Of a stretch of 64,000 nt of DNA, positions 30,065-42,855 are shown in pieces; the stretch's first letter is position 1, and every line of letters starts with the position of its first letter. The stretch lies in contig BFEA01000028.1 in the NCBI GenBank assembly GCA_003427395.1, positions 1,328,955 through 1,392,954 on the forward strand, given 5' to 3'. The notes under the pieces are model-generated. The model did not search any database. It was not told the DNA's origin and saw only the letters and a list, made by a program, of their open reading frames with translations. This DNA is from Chara braunii. Lineage: Eukaryota > Plantae > Charophyceae. Made by a program: the position numbers and the translations under genes.

Positions 30065-30178
30065 AATATCCGGGTTGCTCTACTTCTATTTGAAGTAAGA
30101 GCTAGCTAACTAGGTTTGGGTGCAGATTATTAAGTTGGAGACATAGGGATCGAATCTGCCCCGACCCGAGCTAGCTCC

Positions 30179-33100
30179 TTTTTTTTATACTTGTAGATAT
30201 ATTACGAAAAACCAAATGGACGAGGTCGGGGACCTCACAATTCAACCCGGAGTCATCCTGGCAGCCTCAGCCAGTTTAGCTTACGAGCAGAGCTCGATAC
30301 CCGAACAACTGATCAAAATATATCATCAAAGGTCTGCTGGAAACCGGGTCCAACGTCCCTTCCTAAAGGAAACACTTTCCAAAATTAAGCTTTGGAACAC
30401 AAGAAAGGTAGGGCTCTCTTAATCAAGCTTCTAGGCTCCTAGATCAACATCAAAAGGCAATTTAAACCAATGCACAAAATAAACCCACGAGTCTAGCAGC
30501 TAATAACCCAACTGAAAGGATTAATCATTCAAAGCATTAATAGTTCATATTCGTTGCCCGACATTCTATCTATTGCTATTTATAGCAAAGCCCAACGAGT
30601 AACAGAAAAAGTCTAGATTGCTACTATCTCTTTTAGCTAAAGGGAAGGAAGCGCTGCTACCAATCCCTACTTGAAAAGGCTCGGTGGCATATCTGCAGCC
30701 TATGGAGCCTGATCTTCTCATCCACTGTTATCCTGGAGAATCCAGTCTGCAAACTCCGGATTGCCTTCCGTCGATATTGAGACGAAGCCCTTGGACTTGC
30801 CCCACGTCTGGGAGAACCAATAACATTTATTTCAAGTTTGTGCTCGATGTTGCCAATTAGCTCGAAATGTTTGCCTAATTGCAGTTTTCACCGCAGTCAC
30901 TTGGGCCTGGAAGGCAACCATCTCTTGATGGAAAGTTGCTTTATTCCGCGCCCTCCAGAGGGTTTCCATAATAATGCCTCAGCAACCCAAAGCTACATAT
31001 GCCCATCCCTTGAAGAAGTCCAAGTCTAGGGTAGTCATCCCATGCAGAATCCATTCTTGAGTCCAGAGGAGTTTCGCGCCTGCTATCTGTTTCCACCTGA
31101 CTTTCCACCATTCTCATATATGAAGAGAGAAAGGACAGTAGAGCCAGATATGGGGGCCATTTTTCCAACCCCACTTACATCTGGCACATTGTTCTTCTAT
31201 TTCCATGCCCTTGGCTACCAACCAGGAGGCCGAAGAGTAACCAGCAGGGATTGAAGTCAGATTAGGCTGGCTTGCTTCTGAGGCACCATAGATTTAAGTG
31301 TTCGTCATATACCATAGAGATCTAGGTTACCAAGAGTAAAGTCTGGTTCTTTATTCAATCTTTCTGTTGCTGTAATCACAGGCCGCTTCTTCACTGATGC
31401 TTGCAGACTCTGAACGTTGATCTCCGTCTTATAGAAAAAGATTGGAATCTGAGTATCTGTATTTCCAGCCATAGAGCAGAGGTTCAACTTGGATCTTAGA
31501 TGCTTCATCGGAGACTAGAGTAGCCTCTTCCTTCTTGCCCTCCCTCTTGAGCCAAACTCGACACTCTGGTAGACCAACCGTTGTGGGGATAGTTTTTTCT
31601 CCTTTCTTACTTAATATCGGAGTTGGTGTAAACCACTTTGTTGCTTTCTTTTCCCAGACCCGGACTTTAAAGCCTTGCGGCAGGTCCGGTCCTACCACTC
31701 TCAGCACATAGTTATTCTCAACAGGGTTTTGAATCCAGGCCCCCTGACTGTGCCCCACTCTCTGTGGCAACAAGGTTTGCCAATAATCGGGGATACTATT
31801 TTTGAGGAGCCCAAAATTCTACTCAATATTTCTCTGGCGCTGCAGCCTCTTTTTCAAGTTTCCCACTAGAATCCATGTATATGTCTTCGTATCCCATATA
31901 TCCTTTATCTGCACGATTCCCTTCTCCACCCAGGCCTTACCAAAGCTGCCTGGGCTCCCGTCTGCCTTCAGCCAGGACCCTGCAGAAGAGACTATTAGTG
32001 GGTTNTCAAATAGGATCTGATTAAGAATCTTTCCCCTTGTCTCCGGAGACCGGAGTATCTCAGGGAAGAGTTTATGCCATGCATACAAAATATTGCGCCA
32101 CAGTCTCGACTTCGGTATACAAGATGAGAACGACGGAATGAACAAACAGGCCCAAACATATGAGTCTCTAGACAACTCTCATTCCTTGGTCAGGATATAC
32201 TCGGCCAATCTTACCCAGAGCTTTGATCGTACTCCAAATGTTGGGACAATCACCCATTTACAAAGTAGAGTCCAATTTTGATGTATGGGGTTCAGGATTC
32301 CCAACCCCCCTGGTTCCCTGACCAGGGCCACAGAGGAAATGTTTCCCAGGCTACTTTTCATACAAAAACCTGCTATTGTGATGTTGACGGCTTCCATAAG
32401 TAAGGAGCAGCATCCCTCTTAATACGCGAATATGCCCCTTCACCCAAAAGATGAATTGAAAGGGGAAACCATAGAATTGACAACGCCGCCGATGTCAGCA
32501 CAAGTGCATGCCTAAAGAGTGAGAGTTTGAAGTTCCAGGCCCACCCCGCGATTCTGGCCGCCACTTTGTCTTCAAGGATGGAGTTTTGGGTTGTCGAACA
32601 GTCAGAAAAGGCCACTTGGACCCCCAAAAATTGCTCTGAAGAATTGGTCGGGACTTGTTTAAGACCCCAGTCCACACTCAGCTCCTTAGTAGAAGGGAGA
32701 AAGAAACTTGATTTATCCCAATTAATGGAAACTTCTAAGAGGGTACAATAGATGTCAATAGTTTTTCTAAGTTCCTGTAGGGCTGCAAGGTTATTCTCAC
32801 AAGCTATTGTTAACTCATCTGCAATTGCCCCCCCTTTCCATTCCAAAGCAGGGGTCAGTTTCATGCCTACTATGGAAGGATTATTTTTAATGTTATCCAA
32901 CAAAATTTATAATTGAAGGACAAAAAGAAAGGGTGTCAGTGGGCAGCCTTGTCTTAACGATTGGGTCAACTGTAATTCCTCTTAAAGCCTACCATTGATT
33001 ACTACCATAGAGGATGCATGTTCGTAGCTGGCTTTAACCCAGGTCCTGAATCCAAAGCCAAAGCCCATCTTTCTTAGGGTGGTGTGGACAAAGTTCCACC

Positions 33101-36100
33101 CCACCTTGTCGTAAGTCTTCTCCATGTCAAGGAGAAGGATAACAACATTTATTTTCTCCTTACCAATAAGCTCCAGGGCATGGATAGTTGATATAATATT
33201 TTCAAAGATCGATTGCCCTTTAACAAATGCCCCTTGCTCCCAACCTATCAGGTATGGGAGAAGCTTTGCTAGTCATAGGGCCAGGGTTTTGGCAAACAAT
33301 TTGTAAGTAACATTTAGCACCGAGATTGGCCCCCAATTTCGGACATCCTTTTTATCTCCTTTTTTTTACATTAGGGAGATCATCCCCTGTGTAAAGCCCT
33401 TTGGAAAAGTACCCGTACGGAGGGGCTCATTATAATCTCGCAAAGGAAAGGAGCAAAAGCCCCCCAAGTGACCAAAAAGAATTCAATCGGGAGACTGTCC
33501 AAGTCGGGGCATTTGCCCTTAGCCATGACCTTTGCTGCCAATAGAATTTCTGGCTCCTCCATAGGTCGGTCTAGTTCTCTAGCGGCAGCCTGGGATATTG
33601 ACTTTCTTGTGTCATCCCAGAAAGGGGAGATCTCTGTTATGTCTAATTGAGGAGGGTCAAACAGGCGGCGAGTGGTAACAATGTCCCTATAATAGTCTAA
33701 AGCATACTTACGCATCTGAACAGTGTCTAAAGCTAAGAGTGCAGAAGTATCAAATGGATGAGAGAGTTCTCTAATCAAGGATTTTGATTGTCATTGCAGA
33801 AGGGAGCGAAATGTCAACTTAATCATCCTATCGTAGCCAACTATTCCTCTAAGTTTTAAAAGCTCAATTCATTCGGATTGTTTCTGGATTTCTAACGCTT
33901 CCAGCTGGACCAGAGCGTCTTTCCGGATGCCTGACCAATGAAAATCTGAGAAAAGGTCTTTACCCATTTCTGATTCTGTTTGGGAAATGAGTTTAATCAA
34001 GTAATTTTCTTTCCATTTACGTCTTGCTGCCTTCATTCTTGAAAAGGTCATCAACGCATGTCTTACTATAGATATTCATGTGCCAGCCCATAGTGACAGG
34101 TCCGAGAACAGATCTTTGGCAAGCATCCATTTTGACATATGTGTATTGACCCATTCGAGGATACCCGGGTCCTTTAGGTCGTTGATCTTCAATATGAATG
34201 GTGGGCGGTGCTTATCTACAGTTTCTTTAGGTAGGATATCCAATAAGACCGGGTGATGGTCAGAGAGTGAGTCTGGGCTCACATCACACCACATACTCCG
34301 GTCCCAAGGAGAACCTCTTACCAAAAAGAAGTTTTGGCGCTTTCTTGGGACCTGAGATGTCGGGGTTGGGGGGGGGCATACCATGTATAGTCGTTTGTTT
34401 TAGGATTAAAAATCCTAAATACATCGCTCAAATTGAAGGATTCGCAGAGGGAGATGATCATTAAAGGATCGCTCCTTAGTGGTTTTACTGCTAGAGGGTC
34501 TAAGCCTGGGTTGAAGACTGTATTCCAATCTCCACAAAGGATAAGATTGTCAACATCTGATATCTAACTTGATAGATTTGCAAAAAAATCTATACGCGTC
34601 AGATATTCAACTGGAGCATAGATTGTCATTACAACCCAGTCTTCTTAATCCACTGAAAACTTTAACCAGGTCCAACGGCCTTCGGCATCATTGAGTTGAT
34701 CGGTGATGGTGGTATCTAGATCTTTATTGACAAGGATAGCAACGCCCCCTTTGGAGCCAATCGTCGGGGACCAGATCTGCGGGTCATCCCACCAGGTTTG
34801 GATGGCCGCAATCTTATTCTGATTCAGCTTGGTTTCATGAAGGCATGCGATTTGTACATTTTGTGAATAAATCCAAGCTTTGAATCTTGATTTTTTAAAC
34901 TTTTTTGCAGTGTCTCCAAATCCACGAACATTCCAAGTCAGCAGTCTGATTCTACTTGGTAGAACCATGACCGGAGCCCCTGTCGCATGGATTTTGGATT
35001 CGGTCCATAACGGGTTTTTTAATCGGTGCCCCCCTACCTTTCGAAGCAGAGACTTTTTTGTCTTGTTCAAGAGGGGCAGGCCCCCAAAGTTGAGGATTGT
35101 GCTAAACCGTTCGGATAAAAAACCCTCAACTGCATCCGTGTGGTGTAGCCAATTCGCTACCTTTTGTGCGGACAACCCTTCAGGTAACTTAATACCTTTC
35201 AGAATATCAGCGTTCGTGTCCAATAGACGAGCGAGAGGGAGCCAATAAATATTCTGAAGTTTTACTGGTTCCATTTCCTCTGGGCTCACTCGAAAAACCA
35301 AACTAGCGATATGTAGAATTGTCTTACTCCCCTGAGAGTTGGTTGCAATGTGTCGGCCTCTCTTAGGCTCCCACAACAGCACGTAGGTCCCTCTATTCCG
35401 TAGGACTTGCATTTTTGTCTTTGCAAGCCATAGGGCGTCCGGTGGAGGTCCCACGGTGGGAATTGCTGGTAGTGATAGTGTTTCATCCTTGTCAAGCAAT
35501 GTCAGAATCATCGGTCCGTATAGGGAGGAGGTAATTACCAGAGGAATCATGAATTCCTTCGAATGCCCATTCTCCTTGTCATTGTTCTGTAGGGTTTTCA
35601 TTGGTCGTGAAATCTTCAAAAGTTTTCTTGTTGCATTAGACTTTTTTGGCAGAGGCCCCTCTTCACTAAAAATGCGCCGTCGGAGCTGTGGGGGGGGTTT
35701 TCCCTCTTTTCTGCCCTTGGGAGAGGGCTTCTTTCTGGACGCCCGCAGTTTCTTATGGGGGGAAGCCTTTTGGGGTGAGTTGGATACCCCTTCCTCTTGC
35801 GTTGACCTCTCCGAGGCTACAAGGGTCAAGTTGAGGCTTTGACTGTCTACCGATAGAAACTCATCATCCGAATCGAAGGCTTCACCGAAAGACTTTCAAA
35901 CCAGTTTATCGTTTCCTAATCTATATAAAGCTTTAACCCCCAAGTCAGAGTCGTTTCCCGTTTTTTCCTGTGACGACGTATAAATTTCATTTTCAAATTT
36001 GCGAGAGTTTGTCTGAGGTGACCATGACTGCCCTTCCTCAGGATGACTCTCTTTCTTGTCATCGTCATCATCGTCCGACGAATTAGATGACGAGAGGCGG

Positions 36101-37110
36101 TAATCCTGGCCAGAAGCTTGCTCGTGTAGCACGATTTCATTACCTTTCACCGAGAAGTTTGTGCTTCGTTCAATTTCCAGATCCTCATTCCTCTCATCTT
36201 TTTTTCGTTTCTCTCGAGCGGGGACGGTATTATCTTTGTCCATATATTCCCCGGGAGCAGCCGAGTTTTCCTCTTTATCATTACTCTTACCCTGATCCTA
36301 CCCTCTTGCCCCTTCCTTCAAAGTTCCCTTTTCTTTTCCCTTACCCCTTTTATCGTTCGTAGGGTTATACTCCATGGTTGTTCCCTTATCCTTCTCTCCG
36401 ACCTCCTCCCCTGTTTCCCTTTCTCCTTTTCAACCTTAGCTCCATTCTCTTCCCTCTCCTTCTTCTCATCTTCCTGTTCATGCCCTTTCTTGTCTGAATC
36501 CTTTTTTCCCCCTGTCCCCCCCTTTTCCTTTTCCTCCCCCTTCCCACTATCCTTGTTCCCTCTTTTCCTCTTCGCTCCCTTACCATCCTTCGGTCCTTGA
36601 TCCTTCTTGTTGTCCTCTCCACTTCCCTTCCCTGTGGATTTGACGACTTTTGCATACAATTTTTTGTGGACAGAACAATCCTCGTCCCCTTCGGAGTGAA
36701 AATGCCTTCGGCATATCGGGCACCACGAGGTTTCGACACACACCACTTCCCGTTCCACATATCCATCGGATCCGAGGTGCACTACCAAATAACGCTTGTT
36801 GCGTAGTTCGGCCGACGATTCCAGATCGAAACGGACATACAACAAGTCCGGTTCTAATTCATCCTTAAAGGCAAAAGATTCTTTGACTAGCTCACTGCCA
36901 TAGGCATCCCGAATTGCCCCTGGGAGAAGGGGGAGGACGCCTATCGGGACTTGCTGGCATCGAATCCAGAAGAATCGGTGGCGAGATACCTCTCCCCATT
37001 CCCATAGCTCGTTCTCCGTCATCCATGGCCTGAAAGCCACTTTGTACATTGCATTATCCAACTCAATTTGAGTGAGGGCAACTTTCAGCATCCACTGGGC
37101 AATATCCGAG
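30179..37110 (-). mobile_element. L1-clade LINE pseudogene, 5'-truncated
   Basis: ORF1 with CPICRRHFH..C knuckle (36318-37110); endonuclease TWNVRG, LHETKL, GGVAILV, IYAP, GDWN, SDHHPV; RT PISVLNVTYK, QGAFVKG, LLDMEKTYDKV, RQGCPL; A-tract at 30179-30187. Many stops. Confidence 0.92.
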
Positions 37111-37314
37111 TGGTTGTCATGGAATGGCGGTGCATGTGCCTCGGCCCTGCATCCGCCACTTACCATATGCGATGATGATCTCGACATGCCACACTTTATG
37201 ACGAATCGTATTGAGTAGAAAAACGTCAAGTTGTCGGCTGGAGATAATGACGACGATGAGACAGAGAAAGAGGCAAGTCGCCGAACTCGCGGTTTGCTTC
37301 ATGATGCTTTCATC

Positions 37315-37701
37315 AGTAGGATGAGCAAAATCGAATGAATCTGCGGCTAAAACGCAAACATATACACTACTGTGTGTATGTATGTGTATGGATGTCGATC
37401 ACGCAGTTGACGACACCGCATAGGACAAGCAAAATCGATCGAATCTACCGCTAAACATGGAAGTATACACTACTACTTCTATGTGAGTGTGTGCGCATGT
37501 GTTTGTGTGAGTGAGAGAGAGAGGGGCAGGTAAATCTTCAATCTCACGACTGACGACATAAGACTTTCATGGATTGGATGAGCAGGATGAGCTAAATCGA
37601 ATGAATCTACCGCTACAACACATAAATCTACACTACTATGTGTGTGTGTGCGTGTTTGTGAACGCACGCGTATGTGTGAGTGTCTATACGCCCGTGTGTG
37701 A

Positions 37702-37776
<75 letters not shown>

Positions 37777-37817
37777 TTCCGCATGTGTATGTGGTTAGGC
37801 TATGTTGTTGATCGGGA

Positions 37818-37888
<71 letters not shown>

Positions 37889-37931
37889 TTCCGCCTATGT
37901 ATGTGGTTAGGCTATGTTGTTGATCGGGAAT
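37315..37931. repeat. spacer between LINEs: three copies of an AGGA..AGC.AAATCGA..GAATCT motif plus a duplicated (GT)(GA) module
   Basis: Copies near 37317, 37421 and 37584; a fourth copy at ~53814. Confidence 0.8.
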
Positions 37932-40900
37932 GAGGATACCAACAAAATAACATCGATTGAGCAATGCTTGAGCGAGTGCGAGAGAGAGCTATGCGCTTGT
38001 GCATGTGGCTACTTTACGGTCTCAATGTGATTGGGCCACGTGGCTGATTGAGAATGACTGAAACGACAAAGTATAATGATTGTGGTTAAGAAGCGAACAA
38101 TAACGATCATTTTTCAAGGCGTTCCCATGACTTGTCGATGCGAGTTAGATGAGACCTCATCCGTGCATACGAAAACGGCTGGTACTGGCAGAGGGTCTTC
38201 GACCGAAATACGAAGAGGGGCGGAGTACATGCAGAGGGACCAAACGTCATCTCTTACGTAGCGAGGTCGAGAGAGGTGGCCCAGTGGATGGTAGCCAAGG
38301 CAGAAGACAACATTATGATTCGAGGAGTTGAGTATTCAATGCACTTCAAATCATGGATGACACATACAGAGCTAGATGAGAGAAGGCCTTTGGAAGATGA
38401 ATCGAAGTTTTGGCTCATGGTTATAAGAGTGCCTCTAAGGGTGATGTTCCATGTCGAAAATATGGTGGAAACCTCAATGGGTCATGTTACCAATAACTTA
38501 CCTCCAGAACAAGACCAAACTAGACCAAAACTGATGAATTTGAAGTTTCAGCCGGTGAAGGAAGCGCAGGATAGCTTTGAACTGGAGCTACCGATTCGCC
38601 TGGGAAGGTAAGTATTGCAAATAATATTCGTTTGTAAACATACGCTATGGTGCGAGAGATGTAGGTGGTGGTTTCACACATCAACGGAGGGTTGTCCACG
38701 TGAAGGCGAAGGTGAAGGCGAGGTTTTCAAAAGACAGCCACAAGGAGGGAACTCGGGCTATTGACAACAACAGTTGCCAGTAAATAGACATATACGAGAG
38801 GGGGCGAGAGACGAAGCCAGTGGTGGTGGTGAAGGGGGCGCACCTACAATAAACACGACAATCGGTCGGCTGGTGTTACAAGAAAGGGGAGGTCCGCGAG
38901 ATTTTCCCGCTTCGTTGGGGCAAGCAACTAGGCAACAATCAAGAGGAGGGCATGAGTTTAGCAGAGTTGGCTCTCAAAGTTCAAGAGGCGAATCTAGCGC
39001 TAGAGGCCAACAAGTTCAAGGAGCGTCTTCAACATATCCACCCCCCCAGGAGGGTAGGTTCAAGCGACGTTTTCAACTAAACGTCTCGTTGACACGACCG
39101 CGCCCGGGGCAAGAACAAGGAATTCTTTCTCATCAGACGCCAGCATACGGGTACAATTATCCGTACCAGAACGTGTATGGGATTAGCGAAGGCTTCGATT
39201 ACAAACTTTTCTAGAGAGGTGAAGACAAAGAGTGCGATGGGCCACACGAGACTACCACCCAGGAAGTACACAGATACCATCAGCAGTCACGAGCGGGCCA
39301 TTCAGATGCAGAGAGAACAGACCCGCCGACCCAGGAGGCTACGCAAGTGGAGGAGTTTGTGGGGTCGGAGGATGATGACGACTCACAACTCTCCTCTACA
39401 CCGCCTTCCATACAGGGAGATGGTATGGAAGAATCCCCAAGAGAAATTCCCTTGGGGGTGAGGGCGGCAAGTCAAGCGGATCCCCACTTTAAGGAGGCAA
39501 TGCTCCACTCTCTAGTCTGTACCAAACAAGGTCAAGGGTCGTTTGTTGTATCTCTCCTGAATAGGGATGCGGACTTAGTACTTCGGCTACAGGTTTCAAT
39601 GAAATCCCGATGTCAACGATGATCCGAGAGAGAGTTTGACACATATTTGCTGATAGATTCGATTGTCATATCTTCCCGGAGTTCCTCATGTTGAAACTTT
39701 GTACGAAAGCTTCCGGGAATAAGTCAATCCGGTATATTGTGGTCTTCATAGATGCTAGGTTTCCAGCGAATGCTCGGGAAGGTATCAATCAAGTAGGTCT
39801 GGCGGTTTTTCGATTGAACGCGCTGACGCTGCCTTCGATCGGTATTCTCTCTCAAATTATTATTGAGTCTGGTGTTTCGGCAACGTGTTTGGCAGACTTG
39901 AATCCGAACATGCCTCGTACCGGAAATCTCCTGTCAGCGGCATTTTTGCACTACCTGTCAGCTTTTTGGCTGATGCAAGAAAGAGGGCAGACCGAGGAAG
40001 GAACTCAAAGTATGAACCCTCTTCCAGTAGGTATCCAATCAGACGACCGCGATGTTGTTCTAGATGGGTAAGCTAAAGGGTGCAATATGGAATGTGCGAG
40101 CATTGGGAGATTTGGAAGGAAATGCAAAGGGTCAGTACTTGGAATCCTGGATGCATATTAAAAAGATTGATATCCTGATGATTCAGGAAACCAAACTATC
40201 GGAAACCAAATTGGCTAAATTAGAAGATTGGTGGGATGGTCTCCAACTTTGGTCTCCAGCAAGAGGAACAAAAGGAGGGGTGGCCATCCTTATTCACAAT
40301 AGGGTTGAAGCCATTTTGATTGACAGTGACAATGATGCATGGGGAAGATGGTGTCTTTTTTTATTGATTCAATAGAATGAAACTTTGTACTTTGGGTAAA
40401 AGTGGCAATCGGAGGGGCAGAACGGGTCTTCACAATAGTGTATGGACCAAATGACGCAAGTGACAAAACTCGTTTTTTCGACGCTCTTCCCTTCATCTTA
40501 CCCAATCATGACAACCTTGTGATTGCGGATGATTGGAACACAATTTGTAGTCCGAGATTGGATTCTGAGTCAGATGAAGGCATGACACCGGATAGAGCTA
40601 AGCTCTTGAAATGGATGAAAGATTTAGAGCTTCAGGATGTCTCCCGAGAAATTCATCCGTTGGACAATGGCTTTACCTGGGTTGGGCACGCGGTTCACCT
40701 GACAGGAGTTCAAAGAAGACTCAATTATTTTTTAATCCCTGCGACGTTACTCAGTGAGATAATTCAGCTGAAAGAAATAAATAAATATTTATCAGACCAT
40801 AAACCTGTAATGTTAGACTGTACCCCCTCAGGGCTACAGGAATGGGGACCGGGCTGGGGGAGTTTTGGAGCACCTGGCAGAATAGTAAGCCAATATTCAA

Positions 40901-41675
40901 GTCAATATCTGAGTGGACAAACGCAGGTTTGTGAGTAATTTCGTTAAGGCTAGACTTTTTTTCGCAAATTGCAGCATGCGTTCGAAACAACGAGGAAAAG
41001 ATCATGAGGGAGAGCGTGGATAAAGCAGAGGGTAGACTGGGGACTCATCCGATATCGAATGTGTTTTGGGCTGAATAAAGGGCAGAAAGGCTCAATCAAA
41101 GGGAACAACAACAGGCTTAGAAGCAAGAAAGATGGTGTCGGATACTGAAAGTGAAAGGCATCATAACTTCGGACATAATGACAAAATAGTCATTTCAAAG
41201 ACTGGTACCGAAGACCAAGGCTGCCTAGCGCCACCACGGATATGGAAATGTGCAGCTACGTCGTTGACTACTTCAAAGACATTTTGGCTACCAGATGCCC
41301 CGAAGACAGCATGGACGATGACATGTCTCAACTATCTTCATTGTGGAATAATTTTCTGGTGAGACTATTTCAAGAAGGGAGGAGATGGATGTATAAACCA
41401 GCCACAAAGGAGGAACTACAACACACAGTCAAAAGCATGGTTCGAGGGAAGGCGGAGATGACGGATCCGGTGGTTATGTTCAATAAGATTTTAACCGAGG
41501 GTCGCTTGGGCCAGTCAATGTCTCATGACATCATCTCTTTGTTGTTTAAAAAAGAACTTGAAGAACGTTACGAGGTGCGGAAGTGGCATCTCATCTCACT
41601 GTTGAATGTGGTGTATTACATGTTGTCCAAAACGCTTGCCACTAGACTTGGAAAGCTCTTACCAAGGCCCGTTAA

Positions 41676-42855
41676 ACCACCAGTATACACCCCCAGCCTT
41701 GCAGAAAAGTAAACTTCTCGCCACAAGAGAAATTCGAGGCTTGGGGCCGGCCTGGTGAAGCAACGGGCAAATCTTTCCTGCTTGTCCTGTCTGCCCGCGC
41801 ATTTCCACATTCACGTACAGAGCCAGCATCGTTGGCACGGGGATAACAACAAAGAAAAAATGAAAAATAAAATAAAATGAGAAGCATTGGGTTTGGCAGC
41901 ACAAAAGACAAAAAAAGTGGCAATATATATTTCTATATTCTAGGTTTTTTGGGCTTCCTTTGGATGGATTTTGCCACAGTCTTGGTCTATATTCGAAGGA
42001 ACTCAAGATTCTTTCTGTTTTAGGTGCCCTGCCAGCAAGGTAGGGCATTTTTCAACTGTTTCTATTTGCCCGTTCCTCTCGGTGCACTTATCTACCGTCT
42101 AAAGTAGTTTTTATGCATCGAGGGGCATGCCTTTGGGGGCAAGCAACCCCCAACCAGTTACTGGCTCCTGTCATCACGGACTGCCAACAAAATAAGTGGA
42201 GATACGTGCCTAAAAGAGAAAGGCACCCGTTTTCACGGGGATGTCAGCCTTTCTGAAAGTAGGACCATTGTTTTGCTGTTTTTTTTTTCATGAATCTTTT
42301 ACCGTTTTGGGGTAGATACAGGCGCATTCCTTTGAGGGCACGCTCAGAGGAAGATCTCATCGGCAAAGAGGATTGTAGCAAGTGTCTGAGTGTGGACGTG
42401 TTTGTGGACAGCTGCAAAAAATTGTGATTGATCTAGTTTTCGGCACCTCTGCGTGTAACACATCCAGATTCAGACACTTCTTCCAACCTCTTTGCCAGCG
42501 GGATCTGGCCCTCAGACCACGGCCTGACTGGGATGTATCCTACTGCTATTGCCGCCAACCTCAGCAGAAAACATCAGAGTTTTCTTTTTTTTCTCTTTTA
42601 TCTGTTCTTCATAGTTGTTGTATCTATTTGACACCACTTGTATCTGGTGCTCGAATTCGGCCAAATACACAGGCTGGCTTTGTGGAGGGTTTGGCTGCGG
42701 TGGCACACGAGTGAAATCGACACCCTTTCAGTGTCAAATTACAGTGGCGGGTATCGATGTCACCGTTTATTTTCCAAGCAGCGGTACCGATCTATTTTAG
42801 ACTCGGCAAAATTCAAATTTAGGCTCGTACATTTAGCCTCGAGTGTACAGGTGGT
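41676..42855. mobile_element. 1180-bp non-autonomous TTAA-specific transposon (Kolobok-family derivative)
   Basis: TTAA at 41672-41675 and 42856-42859; TIR ACCACCAGTATACAC / GTGTACAGGTGGT. Removing it restores the LINE RT frame LPRPVK-RDKEAFVQGRSI. Confidence 0.9.
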
